Shown here: positions 37,956-47,360 of the stretch, one piece after another | Numbering within the stretch: position 1 is the first letter of the stretch | How the letters are laid out: the number at the start of each line of letters is the position of its first letter | Source of the DNA: an uncultured Sphingobium sp. | GTDB taxonomy: Bacteria > Pseudomonadota > Alphaproteobacteria > Sphingomonadales > Sphingomonadaceae | Direction of reading: 5' to 3' | Length of the DNA stretch: 64,000 bases | Assembly (NCBI GenBank): GCA_966211835.1 | Contig: CBIHNV010000002.1 | Coordinates: forward strand, 110,751-174,750 | Program-made: the position numbers and the translations under genes | The notes under the pieces: generated by a model | What the model saw: the letters and a program-made list of their open reading frames with translations, nothing else | What the model was told of the DNA's origin: nothing | Database searches by the model: none

Positions 37956-40900
37956 CGCTGTTCCCTGTTTCTCACAGTGTCGCTTTCCGCAGGCTTAACT
38001 GCAATCCCTTCACGAATCTTCTCCTGCATCTGGTCGCCTATGCTGTTCTGGATGAGCGTGGTGGGATCGATGAAGGACTTGGCAGTGCCCAGCAGGCCGC
38101 GGAAGGGGGCCGCGATGCGCACATTGAAGATGAAGGGCAAGCCGGTCAGGCTGCGCGCCATACCGTCCGGAACGTCGCCCAACTTCCCGCGATTGACGCC
38201 GTTGAACACGACATTGGTCACCATCTCTCCATCCAGCGCACCGTCCATCAGGATGGTGAGGCATTTATATTGCAGGTTCTTGAGCGCGTCGAAGGCCAGC
38301 TTGCCCATCACACCCAGCTGCTCGTTGGAAACGGGCCCCACATAGGAAAGCGTCCCGGACTGCCGGTTGGGATCGCACGGAACCGTCGGCAGCACCCCTT
38401 CCGGCATGATGAGCGGCGGCATCCCCTGTTGCCGGGCGGCCAGCACGCCGCCCGCGACGCGCCCACCCTGCGCATTGAAGATCAGCGGCATGATCCCGTC
38501 GAACGTTCCGGTCGCGGAGATATTCTCCAGCTCCATCGTCTGGATGAACGCGCCCGCATCAATGCCGATCACCCGAAACGTCAGATAGCGGTCCACATCC
38601 GCGCTGAAATCCATCGTCGTGGGCAACAGCACCAGCTGCCCGCCGGAGAAGGGCCAGCCTCCGCCTTCGACACGCACCTTCTGCCCCGGCTCCAACCTGT
38701 AACGCACAATCCCGTCGCGCACCTCCACGCCGGGATTGACCATCTTGATCCGCAGGACCTGCCCCGGCGCGCTCACCAGCCCGAGCAGGTCGGTAAAGCG
38801 CAATTCTCCGGACAATCCTTCGACCGGACCAAAAGCCGCCGCAAGCTTGGCATTGTCCGTGCGGAACAGCCCGTCACTGGTGACAGAGGTGCCGTTCCAC
38901 CGGATATGCCCGTCCCCGGTCACCGTCGCATCGACATTGGCGACCACGCCAAGCGCCAGGCGCGTCACATCTTCGGGCTGTAAATCACTGCCGAACACCA
39001 GCCCCGGCACGGTCAGATCCGCCTTGCCGCGCCCCGAGCCCAGATCATGAGCGATATCGGCACGCGCGACCACCGCATCGTTGCGCGGGGCGCGTAGCGT
39101 TCCGGTCGCCGCGATCCTGCCATCGCTCAGCGTCAGGGCGAAGTCCGGCACCTTAAGCGGCTCAAATCGCCCTGGCGTTTGCGCGTCGCGCACCATCATC
39201 GCGGCGGCAAGCTTCAGCGTCCCTTGTGCGAAGCTCCAGTCGCCCGCGCCGTTTTCAACGATCAGCGGCACCGACCCGATTCGCGCGTTCGCTCCAGCAA
39301 GCTTTCCCTGAAGGCCTTTGGCGGTTGTCTGGCCAGTCAGCGCATCCGCCACCAGCTTTACTGGCGACGCCTCAGGCCCGATGGCCAACTGCGCTTTCGA
39401 CAGGGCGAAGCCTTCCTGGCCCAGCGCTACCCTTGCCCGCTCGGCCGACAGTCGCATGGGACTTTGGCCACTACGTCCACGCAGGTCGAGATTGCGGATC
39501 TCCGCTCCAGCACGTACCCCGCCCGGTCCCGCTGCCAGCAAAGCACCGCCACCGATCGGGCAAAGCGTTTGCCGCGTTCGCCCGATGGCGAAGCTGCCAT
39601 AGCGCGCCTCCTCCAGTGCCAGTGGCACGCAACGGCGGTTGATCGTAATTCCCCCATCCGCCTTCACCTCTCCCGCAACCGGCATGGCGAGCCCGCGCAG
39701 CCGCCCCCCGGGAAGCGGCCCGTCAAGCCTCACCACAGTGGAGAAGAGCGTATCGCCTCCAGGCCCCGCGCTGAAGCGAACCGGCTCCAGCGCCAGCTTC
39801 GCGTCCCCTGCAGCATAAGGATCGATAAAGAGCTGCCCGCCAAGGCCACCACCCGGCCGCCGCGCGAGCCTCAGCGCAGCCTTGGGGAGGCCGCCCCCTT
39901 CGGATGTAACCGCACCGTCCAAAGCCCAATCAATCGCCGCGCCAGATTTGCCCGGCCAGCGGACCATGACCTCGCCATCGCCCGGTATGGTCACCCGCGC
40001 GCCACTGCGCGATTGGAAACCGGTGCCCGTCAGAACGACGCTGCCCCCTTTGCCGCTCTGCGCGAAGGCAAGGTTTGTCCGCAGCACATTATCCTCGCCC
40101 GCCCGGCGCACAGCATCCGCCAGCCGCACGGCCAGGGGGCCAAGCGGCGTTCCGGCGGCCGATCGCTTCAACCCCGCCAGCGGATCGCGCCCTGCAAGGC
40201 TCAGCTGATGCGCTGAAAGCCGCCCGCTTGCCTGCGACTTGCCTTCCTCAAAGCGCCACGCGCCGACAATCTCTGAAGGCCCCGCCTTGACGCTTTCGAC
40301 GCCCAGCGCCGCAACGCCGATCCGCGCACGACCCGACGTGCCTGATCCGGTGCCATTGAAGTCGATCCGCCCGGCCGGTTTCGCCAGCACAACGCCTGAG
40401 GACTTGAGCGCCTCCGCCGCCAGGGTGACATGACCATCCCACCGGTCGAGCGCCTTGCCGAGCCAGACGTTGATATCGGCCCGTGGGGTTGCCGCTGCAG
40501 TCCCGCTGCCCCGGCACCCAAGAGCCGCGGCCTGCACCGGCCCGACCAGATGCGGCCGTTCATTCCTGATCGACACGTCCAGCAATGCCGTCATGCCCGT
40601 CACATTGCATCCGGCGACCGCCGCGCGCGGCATGGCTGCGGCAAGACGGCCATTGAAGCCCGACTTCAACTTGCCCCCGCCGTCGATCTGCATGCCGACC
40701 GTCCCCGCGTCGGTATCCAGCCGAACCCGTGCGTCCCGCAGCATCAACGCGATGTCAGGCAGGCTGAACGGGGCCTTCGACGCAGGATCGCGGAATTTGT
40801 CGAGCTCGCCGAGCCTAAGGACACCGCCGCGATAAGTACCACGCAACCGGACGCCGCCCGCCCTTACCTCCGCCACATGCGGGGACAGGCCCGTAAAGGC

Positions 40901-41185
40901 CAGATCCACCTCGACCCAGCTCGCGGTCAGGTCAGGATTTTCAGGATCGCCAAGGACAATATTCTCGATCCGCTGGGTGCGCAGGCCAATATCTTTAAGA
41001 TCATAGCTCGCCTGGACGCCGCGGCGATTCATCTCTCGCCCAATGAAGTTTTCCGCAATGGGCGCTCGCTGCGTCCACAACGCGACAAGGATCAGCGCCA
41101 GGGATCCCGTCCCGACACCCAGCCAGCGTAGCCAGCCGCGGCGAGATTCCTCTTCGCCGTCCTCAACTTCGATGCTTATGGCCAA
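37952..41185 (-). CDS. ydbH: YdbH (AsmA-like) intermembrane lipid-transport family protein
   Basis: 1077 aa; N-terminal TM; Gly-rich beta repeats; NPGVEVRDG and ALKNLQY C-terminal motifs; operon with ynbE-ydbL. Confidence 0.8.
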   Translation of the reverse strand: MAISIEVEDGEEESRRGWLRWLGVGTGSLALILVALWTQRAPIAENFIGREMNRRGVQASYDLKDIGLRTQRIENIVLGDPENPDLTASWVEVDLAFTGLSPHVAEVRAGGVRLRGTYRGGVLRLGELDKFRDPASKAPFSLPDIALMLRDARVRLDTDAGTVGMQIDGGGKLKSGFNGRLAAAMPRAAVAGCNVTGMTALLDVSIRNERPHLVGPVQAAALGCRGSGTAAATPRADINVWLGKALDRWDGHVTLAAEALKSSGVVLAKPAGRIDFNGTGSGTSGRARIGVAALGVESVKAGPSEIVGAWRFEEGKSQASGRLSAHQLSLAGRDPLAGLKRSAAGTPLGPLAVRLADAVRRAGEDNVLRTNLAFAQSGKGGSVVLTGTGFQSRSGARVTIPGDGEVMVRWPGKSGAAIDWALDGAVTSEGGGLPKAALRLARRPGGGLGGQLFIDPYAAGDAKLALEPVRFSAGPGGDTLFSTVVRLDGPLPGGRLRGLAMPVAGEVKADGGITINRRCVPLALEEARYGSFAIGRTRQTLCPIGGGALLAAGPGGVRAGAEIRNLDLRGRSGQSPMRLSAERARVALGQEGFALSKAQLAIGPEASPVKLVADALTGQTTAKGLQGKLAGANARIGSVPLIVENGAGDWSFAQGTLKLAAAMMVRDAQTPGRFEPLKVPDFALTLSDGRIAATGTLRAPRNDAVVARADIAHDLGSGRGKADLTVPGLVFGSDLQPEDVTRLALGVVANVDATVTGDGHIRWNGTSVTSDGLFRTDNAKLAAAFGPVEGLSGELRFTDLLGLVSAPGQVLRIKMVNPGVEVRDGIVRYRLEPGQKVRVEGGGWPFSGGQLVLLPTTMDFSADVDRYLTFRVIGIDAGAFIQTMELENISATGTFDGIMPLIFNAQGGRVAGGVLAARQQGMPPLIMPEGVLPTVPCDPNRQSGTLSYVGPVSNEQLGVMGKLAFDALKNLQYKCLTILMDGALDGEMVTNVVFNGVNRGKLGDVPDGMARSLTGLPFIFNVRIAAPFRGLLGTAKSFIDPTTLIQNSIGDQMQEKIREGIAVKPAESDTVRNREQR

Positions 41186-41303
41186 CCCCGGCTCTCAACC
41201 ATTATCCGTAACGCCTGCATAACGTCCGAGCTGCCTTAAATATCCTTGCCCCGCATTTACGCAACGCATAGGTCCATTTCCCTGAACAGGGGATTATAAG
41301 GCA

Positions 41304-41999
41304 TTGGCGGACAGGGATGTTGTGGTCAGCCATGATGGCGTGGGTCATCGCGCGCGGCTGCGGCAAAAGCTGGCGGACAGCGGCGGTGATGCACTGCACG
41401 ATCATGAGCTCATCGAATATCTGCTCGCCCTCGCCATTCCCCGCCGCGATACCAAGCCGCTTGCAAAAGCGCTGCTGCGTGAATTTGGCGGCATCGGCGG
41501 CCTGATGACGGCCGATTGGCAGGCGATCGCGCGCGTTCCGGGCATGGGCGACACCAGCATCGCCGCTGTGAAGATCGTGCACGCCACGCTTCTACGCATG
41601 CTCCGAAATGAGGTCGCGCAGCGGCCGGTCCTGGCAAGCTGGCAGGCGCTGCTCGATTACCTGCGCGCCGACATGGCCCACCTGCCAGTAGAGCGCGTCC
41701 GCGTGCTTCATCTCAACAGCCGCAACATGTTGATCCGGGACGAACATATGGGCGACGGGTCGATCGACCAGGCTGCCATATATACGCGCGAAGTCATACG
41801 CCGCGCGATCGACCTTGGATCATCAGCGCTGATCCTGGTCCACAATCATCCGAGCGGCTCGCCCGAACCAAGCCGCCAGGACATCGAGATCACCCGCCAG
41901 ATTGCCGAGGCGGGCAAGCGCCTCAACATCGCGGTTCACGATCACATCATTATCGGATCGCAAGGACATAGCAGCCTGCGGGCCATGGGGCTGCTATAG
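41304..41999 (+). CDS. radC: RadC/JAB domain protein
   Basis: GHRARLRQK, LIEYLLALAIPRRDTK, HNHPSG..PS..D. Confidence 0.9.
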   Translation: MADRDVVVSHDGVGHRARLRQKLADSGGDALHDHELIEYLLALAIPRRDTKPLAKALLREFGGIGGLMTADWQAIARVPGMGDTSIAAVKIVHATLLRMLRNEVAQRPVLASWQALLDYLRADMAHLPVERVRVLHLNSRNMLIRDEHMGDGSIDQAAIYTREVIRRAIDLGSSALILVHNHPSGSPEPSRQDIEITRQIAEAGKRLNIAVHDHIIIGSQGHSSLRAMGLL

Positions 42000-42008
42000 A
42001 GCGGCTCT

Positions 42009-43361
42009 TCAGCCGTCGAACCCTACCGAAAGAAATTCGGGCACCGGCCCGTTCCAACCCTCGTCCGGACCATCATCCACCATTTCGGCCCGGCGCGGCC
42101 GCGCACCATTGCCTTGGCTTCGAGCGGCACGCGGTTCTTCACGGCGATCATCGCGACGGTCATCCCGACGCTTGCCGGAGCTGCGCTCCGTCTTTCGCTC
42201 GCTGTCACGGCGCGGCTCTTCGGCCTTCTCCGGTTTTGCAGCACCGGCAGGCGCATCGATCATCTCGATCTTCTGCCCGATCAGCTTCTGGATATTGTCG
42301 ATCGCTTCCGCATCATCCGCCGTCACAAAGGTGAAGGCCGCACCCTTCGCTCCCGCTCGGCCCGTCCGGCCGATGCGGTGGACATAATCGTCCGGATGCC
42401 AGGGCGCGTCAAAATTGAAGACGTGGCTGACGCCCTTGATGTCGAGCCCACGCGCGGCGACGTCGGACGCTACCAATATATTCACCGTACCCGCACGGAA
42501 CCGCTCCAGTTCGGCGATGCGCGCCGACTGGTCAATGTCGCCATGGATTTCGCCAGACTTGAAGCCATGGCGCTGCAGGCTCTTGTTGAGTTCGCGCACC
42601 GTCGTCTTGCGGTTGCAGAAAATCACCGCGCTCTGCACCTGCTCGCCTTCCAGCATCGCGCGCAACGCCTCACGCTTCTTGCGCGAATCGACCTTCACCA
42701 GCCGCTGGGTGATGTTGGTCGATGCGGTAGCGGGGCGCGCCACCTCGATCGACTTGGGGTTGCTGAGGAACCTGTCAGCCAGCTTCTTGATCGGCGCAGG
42801 CATGGTCGCGGAGAACAACAGCGTCTGCCGCTGCGAGGGCAGCTTCGTGCAGATTTCCTCAATGTCCGGGATGAACCCCATGTCGAGCATGCGGTCCGCC
42901 TCGTCGATCACCAGCATGCTGCAGCCGTTGAGCAATATCTTGCCACGCTGGAACAGGTCCATGAGGCGACCAGGCGTTGCGATCAGCACATCAACGCCCT
43001 TCTCCAGGGCCTTAAGCTGATCACCCATCTGAACACCACCGATCAGCAGGGCCATGTTGAGCTTGTGATATTTGCCGTATTTCTCGAAATTTTCGGCAAC
43101 CTGCGCAGCCAATTCGCGCGTCGGCTCCAGGATGAGCGAGCGTGGCATCAGCGCACGGGCGCGGCCATGCGCCAATATGTCGATCATCGGCAGCACGAAG
43201 CTGGCAGTCTTGCCCGTCCCCGTCTGCGCGATGCCGATGATATCCTTCATCATCAGCACTGGCGGGATGGCCTGCGCCTGAATCGGCGTGGGCGTGTCAT
43301 ATCCGGCCTCGTTAACGGCCTTCAACAGTTCATCGGATAGGCCGAGATCGGCAAAAGTCAT
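42009..43361 (-). CDS. DEAD-box RNA helicase
   Basis: Q motif, AQTGTGKT, PTRELA, DEAD, SAT, HRIGRTGR. Confidence 0.95.
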   Translation of the reverse strand: MTFADLGLSDELLKAVNEAGYDTPTPIQAQAIPPVLMMKDIIGIAQTGTGKTASFVLPMIDILAHGRARALMPRSLILEPTRELAAQVAENFEKYGKYHKLNMALLIGGVQMGDQLKALEKGVDVLIATPGRLMDLFQRGKILLNGCSMLVIDEADRMLDMGFIPDIEEICTKLPSQRQTLLFSATMPAPIKKLADRFLSNPKSIEVARPATASTNITQRLVKVDSRKKREALRAMLEGEQVQSAVIFCNRKTTVRELNKSLQRHGFKSGEIHGDIDQSARIAELERFRAGTVNILVASDVAARGLDIKGVSHVFNFDAPWHPDDYVHRIGRTGRAGAKGAAFTFVTADDAEAIDNIQKLIGQKIEMIDAPAGAAKPEKAEEPRRDSERKTERSSGKRRDDRRDDRREEPRAARSQGNGARPRRAEMVDDGPDEGWNGPVPEFLSVGFDG

Positions 43362-43482
43362 TCAATTGTCCGGGACAGAGGCTCTCCGCAACGCGCTCCT
43401 GCACCACGGAAATCGCGCGCGCCTTGCTGAAATATTGGCATCTTGTCAAGAAATTCGCGCATCAAGGCCCGTTTGAATCGGG

Positions 43483-43920
43483 TCAATCGTCCCGTTCTAC
43501 CTCTTCCAATCGCCTGAAACTGTCGATCACGCAGCTAAGGCCACTACGCGCCTGCAATTCATCCCGCCCCGAACAAAGCGACCCATCATCATCGGGCTCG
43601 ACATAGAAGCCGGAGTAAAAGCCGGTCGAACTGCACCCCCGCTCCAGCCGCGCGCGGTAGCGGTGATTGTCGGCCAGCAGCAAGTCGACGCCATGCCCCA
43701 CCACGACGCTCGCTGACCGGATAGACCGCAGCGCAATGCAGCGCGGCCCCTTCTTCTCCTTCCACTCCTGCCCGGCCTGGGGGGCTATCCGCATCGGCGC
43801 ACGCCCCTTCTTCTTAACCATCGGCACGCGAATGATGACCCGTTGCTCGATCGACATCTGGGCCAATTGCACAGATCCGGCATTGGGTGCGACAAGGAGC
43901 AACAGGACGGAATGAAGCAA
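43483..43920 (-). CDS. Conserved hypothetical four-Cys protein (DUF6491-like pattern)
   Basis: TTG start behind an AAGGGG RBS; hydrophobic N-terminus; C..I, C, C, C spacing. Family assignment is from memory only. Confidence 0.5.
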   Translation of the reverse strand: MLHSVLLLLVAPNAGSVQLAQMSIEQRVIIRVPMVKKKGRAPMRIAPQAGQEWKEKKGPRCIALRSIRSASVVVGHGVDLLLADNHRYRARLERGCSSTGFYSGFYVEPDDDGSLCSGRDELQARSGLSCVIDSFRRLEEVERDD

Positions 43921-43997
43921 ATCGAACCCCTTTTGGGGCGGCACGCTATGGGCCGGTGGTTGAACCGTCGATGAATTCCGGGGCATAGCATCGTGTC

Positions 43998-45437
43998 ATG
44001 ATAGGACAAGAGATCATCGGCAGGTTCGCATCGCTGCTGGGGCCAAAGGGCGTCGTCACCGATCCTGACGCCATCGCGCCCTGGCTGACCGACTGGCGCG
44101 GCCGCTTTCATGGCGCAGCGTCCGCGATCCTCCAGCCCTCGACCACGGAGGAAGTCGCTGCGGTCGTCGCCCTCGCGGCAGAACTTCGCGTTCCACTGGT
44201 GCCGCAGGGTGGAAACACCTCAATGGTCGGGGGCGCGACTCCGCCGCCGGACGGTTCAGCACTTATCCTCTCGCTGCGCCGCATGAACCGCATCCGATCG
44301 CTATCACCACAGGACAATCTCGCCATATGTGAGGCAGGCGTGATCCTCGCGACGCTACATGATGCTGCGGAACAGGCGGGACGCCGTTTCCCGCTCAGCC
44401 TCGGCGCCAAGGGTTCAGCGACGATCGGCGGCCTCATCTCCACCAACGCCGGTGGTACCCAGGTCCTGCGCCACGGCACGATGCGGGCGCTGGTCGAGGG
44501 GCTGGAGGCAGTGCTCCCCGATGGCAGCATCCTCTATGGCCTCGACGCGCTCAAGAAAGACAATCGCGGCTATGATCTCAAACAATTGCTGGTCGGTGCC
44601 GAAGGCACGCTGGGCATCATCACTGCCGCTTCCCTGCGACTCGTGCCTGCAATTGCCAGCCGCGCCGTCGCCTGGGTCGGCATAGCCTCGCCTGCCGACG
44701 CCTTAGCCCTCCTCCGCCTGACCGAAGCGCGCCTCGGTGACAGCGTCGAAGGTTTCGAGATCATCGCTGACGATGGCCTGGGCCATGTTCTCTCCCATAT
44801 CCCCAGCACCCGCTGCCCGATCGAGACGCGCACGCCCTGGCACGTCCTGATCGAAGTCGATCATGCCGATCTGTCGCCCCCTCCCCCGGAAGAACGTCTT
44901 GAGGCGGCGCTGGCGGAGGCGCTGGCACAGGGTGTCGCCATCGACGCCGCGATCGCCACCAATGAAGCGCAAGCGGCCGCATTCTGGCGCCTACGCGAAT
45001 CGCTTTCCGAAGCCGAGCGCGCACAGGGACCGGCCCTTCAGTTCGACATCAGCGTCCCCGTCGCGCGCATGCCCGCCTTCATGATCGACACGGCAGCGGC
45101 CGCCGAACGCACCTTCCCCGGCATGACCGCCTCCTCCTTCGGCCATCTCGGCGACGGCAACATCCACTTCCATGTCCGTGCGCCCAGGGGCACCGCCGAT
45201 GGCCCGGCCTGGATCGCGGCGGAGGGGCAGGCGATCAACGCCTTCGTCCATGACGCTGTCGTGGCGGCAGGCGGCTCCATTTCCGCCGAACATGGCATCG
45301 GGCAGATGAAGCGGGCGGAACTCGGCCGCCTCTCCAGCCCCGCGCGCCTGCATGCCCTGCGCGCGATCAAGGCGGCGCTGGACCCCTTGGGCCTCATGAA
45401 CCCCGACAAGCTGATCCCGCGCGCCAGCGAGGGCTGA
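43998..45437 (+). CDS. FAD-binding oxidoreductase (GlcD / D-2-hydroxyacid dehydrogenase-like)
   Basis: VPQGGNTSMVGG, GGLISTNAGG, GAEGTLG, SAEHGIG. Confidence 0.88.
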   Translation: MIGQEIIGRFASLLGPKGVVTDPDAIAPWLTDWRGRFHGAASAILQPSTTEEVAAVVALAAELRVPLVPQGGNTSMVGGATPPPDGSALILSLRRMNRIRSLSPQDNLAICEAGVILATLHDAAEQAGRRFPLSLGAKGSATIGGLISTNAGGTQVLRHGTMRALVEGLEAVLPDGSILYGLDALKKDNRGYDLKQLLVGAEGTLGIITAASLRLVPAIASRAVAWVGIASPADALALLRLTEARLGDSVEGFEIIADDGLGHVLSHIPSTRCPIETRTPWHVLIEVDHADLSPPPPEERLEAALAEALAQGVAIDAAIATNEAQAAAFWRLRESLSEAERAQGPALQFDISVPVARMPAFMIDTAAAAERTFPGMTASSFGHLGDGNIHFHVRAPRGTADGPAWIAAEGQAINAFVHDAVVAAGGSISAEHGIGQMKRAELGRLSSPARLHALRAIKAALDPLGLMNPDKLIPRASEG

Positions 45438-45554
45438 CCGCCGCTGGCAAGACAAAGCAATTGCCTCCCATGCTCAAGGTCTTTATCGCCCTCTCCCAGT
45501 TTTTGGGAAAGGTGGCGCACCCGCACGCGCTGCTTGGATAGAATGGAACAGATC

Positions 45555-46343
45555 ATGGCTAGCGCGCCCGCCAACAACCTCCCTGTCTTCTACAACGACC
45601 TGCTGCCGCTCAGCAGCGTTGATCATGCGAGCTATCGCAGCCGGTCGGTAGAAACCGCCCCCTTCCTCACCAAGCAGCATGCCGTCCCCCTGACCGTGGA
45701 CGAATTCGTCGCGGCCCAGCGGTTCGTGCCCATCATTTTCTCGGCGGGCGACGAAGCCGTGCCGCTGGCGCTGATGGGCCTTAACGAAGGCGTCAACACC
45801 TTCCTCGACGATGAGGGCAAGCTGCGCGGTCCCGCCTATGTGCCCGCTTATGTCCGCCGCTATCCCTGGATGCTGGCAAAGCTGCGCCCCGACACGGATG
45901 AACTGTCGCTCTGCTTTGATCCCACCAGCGAAGCGATCGGCGAATTTGAAGAAGGCCAGCCGCTTTTCGAAGACGGCAAGCCCTCCGAGCTCACCCAGGG
46001 AGTGCTAAAATTCTGCGAGGATTTCGAACAGGCTGCCGCACGCACCGGACAGTTCATGAAGGACCTCAAGGAACTCGACCTGCTCATGGATGGCGAAGTC
46101 GCCATCCAGGTGCCCGGCAACGACCAGCCCTTCGTCTATCGCGGCTTCCGCATGGTGAATGAGGAAAAGCTCCGCGACATGCGTGGCGATCAGCTTCGCA
46201 AGATCAGCCAGAACGGCATGCTGCCCCTCATCTACGCGCATCTCTTCTCGCTGCAACTCATCCGCGAAGTGTTCGAGTCGCAGGTCAGCCAAGGCAAAGG
46301 ACCGATTTCTGTCCCGCAGGCGCCTCAGCCCGCCGAAGCCTGA
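45555..46343 (+). CDS. SapC family protein
   Basis: PLTVDEFVAAQRFVPIIF, LMGLNEG.N, YVPAYVRRYPW. Confidence 0.8.
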   Translation: MASAPANNLPVFYNDLLPLSSVDHASYRSRSVETAPFLTKQHAVPLTVDEFVAAQRFVPIIFSAGDEAVPLALMGLNEGVNTFLDDEGKLRGPAYVPAYVRRYPWMLAKLRPDTDELSLCFDPTSEAIGEFEEGQPLFEDGKPSELTQGVLKFCEDFEQAAARTGQFMKDLKELDLLMDGEVAIQVPGNDQPFVYRGFRMVNEEKLRDMRGDQLRKISQNGMLPLIYAHLFSLQLIREVFESQVSQGKGPISVPQAPQPAEA

Positions 46344-46397
46344 GAAGGAAAAGCAACCTGGATCAAGCATGTTAAAGAAAAGCTTTCCGCTCGCCCC

Positions 46398-46426
46398 TTG
46401 AAAGTGAGCGGGGCCTTCTTTATCTT
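46398..46426 (+). promoter_or_regulatory. sigma70-type promoter of the candidate sRNA
   Basis: TTGAAA-N17-TATCTT; overlaps a hairpin (46387-46411) that may terminate sapC. Confidence 0.6.
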
Positions 46427-46431
46427 CCAAA

Positions 46432-46543
46432 CATACGGCGCACCTGCCCCCCTTTCGGGTGTGTCGTATGGGCGCCTCCCCCTTTTGGAGGCGTCTCCTC
46501 CCTGAACCTTGGCCACCCCATGTATTACATGGGGTGGTTTTTT
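46432..46543 (+). ncRNA. Candidate trans-acting sRNA with C-rich anti-SD loops (suhB/alpha-r8 or cuckoo-like)
   Basis: Promoter; 15-bp hairpin with CCCCCCUUU loop; 9-bp hairpin; CUCCUCCCC linker; intrinsic terminator CCACCCCAUG/CAUGGGGUGG-UUUUUU. Confidence 0.7.
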
Positions 46544-46586
46544 GTGGGTCGAAGACAAGGAGCAGGGCGGGCGAAACCGGTTTCGC

Positions 46587-46615
46587 TTGACGGCCTACCC
46601 CGCTCCCCGTAAACG
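46587..46615 (+). promoter_or_regulatory. sigma70-type promoter of tRNA-Glu
   Basis: TTGACG-N17-TAAACG. Confidence 0.55.
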
Positions 46616-46644
46616 CCACCGCCTGCCAGCCGCCATGCGGCCAA

Positions 46645-46719
46645 GGCCCCTTCGTCTAGCGGTCAGGACGCGGCCCTCTCACGGCTGAAACACGGGTTCG
46701 ATTCCCGTAGGGGTCACCA
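46645..46719 (+). tRNA. tRNA-Glu (anticodon CTC)
   Basis: GGCCCCT/AGGGGTC acceptor stem, CTC anticodon loop, GGTTCGATTCC T-arm, encoded CCA. Confidence 0.95.
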
Positions 46720-46815
46720 TTCAGCGCAAATCATGCATTGGCTAAGCAGTCGCTCACGCACGTGGCCGGGCGTTCCCTTCATCCCTCGCGACTCGAAGAG
46801 GGATGACCCCTGCCG

Positions 46816-46910
46816 CCGTTCGCCCTGAGCCTGTCGAAGGGCTTCTCTTCTTCAAGATGAGGGTTTCGACTGCTGCCTGCAGCAGTCGCTCAGCACAGGC
46901 TCCGCCCGGA
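46816..46910. repeat. REP-like doublet of the CCGTTC family; right arm interrupted by a 24-nt palindromic insert
   Basis: ccgttcgccctgagcctgtcgaagggc ... ttcgac[tgctgcctgcagcagtcgctcagc]acaggctc. Confidence 0.75.
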
Positions 46911-46977
46911 TCAATCCGACAGGGTTGAGAAATTCATATCAAGCACATGCCACAAACCATCTTTGTTGCGCGTCGAT

Positions 46978-47002
46978 CGAACAAACTGGCGTCTCTGTCG
47001 TT
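46978..47002 (+). promoter_or_regulatory. Candidate EcfG/sigmaT general-stress promoter
   Basis: CGAAC-N16-CGTT, one mismatch to GGAAC-N16/17-CGTT, 28 nt before the ATG. Confidence 0.45.
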
Positions 47003-47030
47003 TCACTCCTGTCGAAATTGGAGACCAACC

Positions 47031-47321
47031 ATGCGTAATACCATTCTTTTGATTGCCGGATTGGCGGCTGCAGCCAGCGTTGGCGGCTGTTCACGTGAGA
47101 CGACGCGCGACGGTCTGCGTGGCGCGGGCATCGGCGCGGTCGGCGGCGCGGTCGCTGGCGCGATCGTGCCTGGCCTGGGCGTGGCCGAAGGTGCGGCGAT
47201 CGGTGCAGCCGGTGGCGCTGTGGTGGGCGCAGCAACTTCGGATGGTGATCGGCGCTGGGAACGCGATCGTCGCGGCCGGGAATATTATATCGATCGCAAC
47301 GGCCGCCGCGTTTACCGCTAG
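47031..47321 (+). CDS. Glycine-zipper lipoprotein with Arg-rich tail
   Basis: Lipobox VGGC; GAGIGAVGGAVAG..GAAIGAAGGAVVGA. Confidence 0.8.
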   Translation: MRNTILLIAGLAAAASVGGCSRETTRDGLRGAGIGAVGGAVAGAIVPGLGVAEGAAIGAAGGAVVGAATSDGDRRWERDRRGREYYIDRNGRRVYR

Positions 47322-47360
47322 GCCCGAGGTAGCCGTGCATGCTGCGCGGCCATAGGTGAG

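Noticed and set aside
46645-47100. tRNA-Glu as an integration site for a genomic island
   Set aside because: No integrase, no duplicated tRNA 3' end and no compositional break seen in the window.
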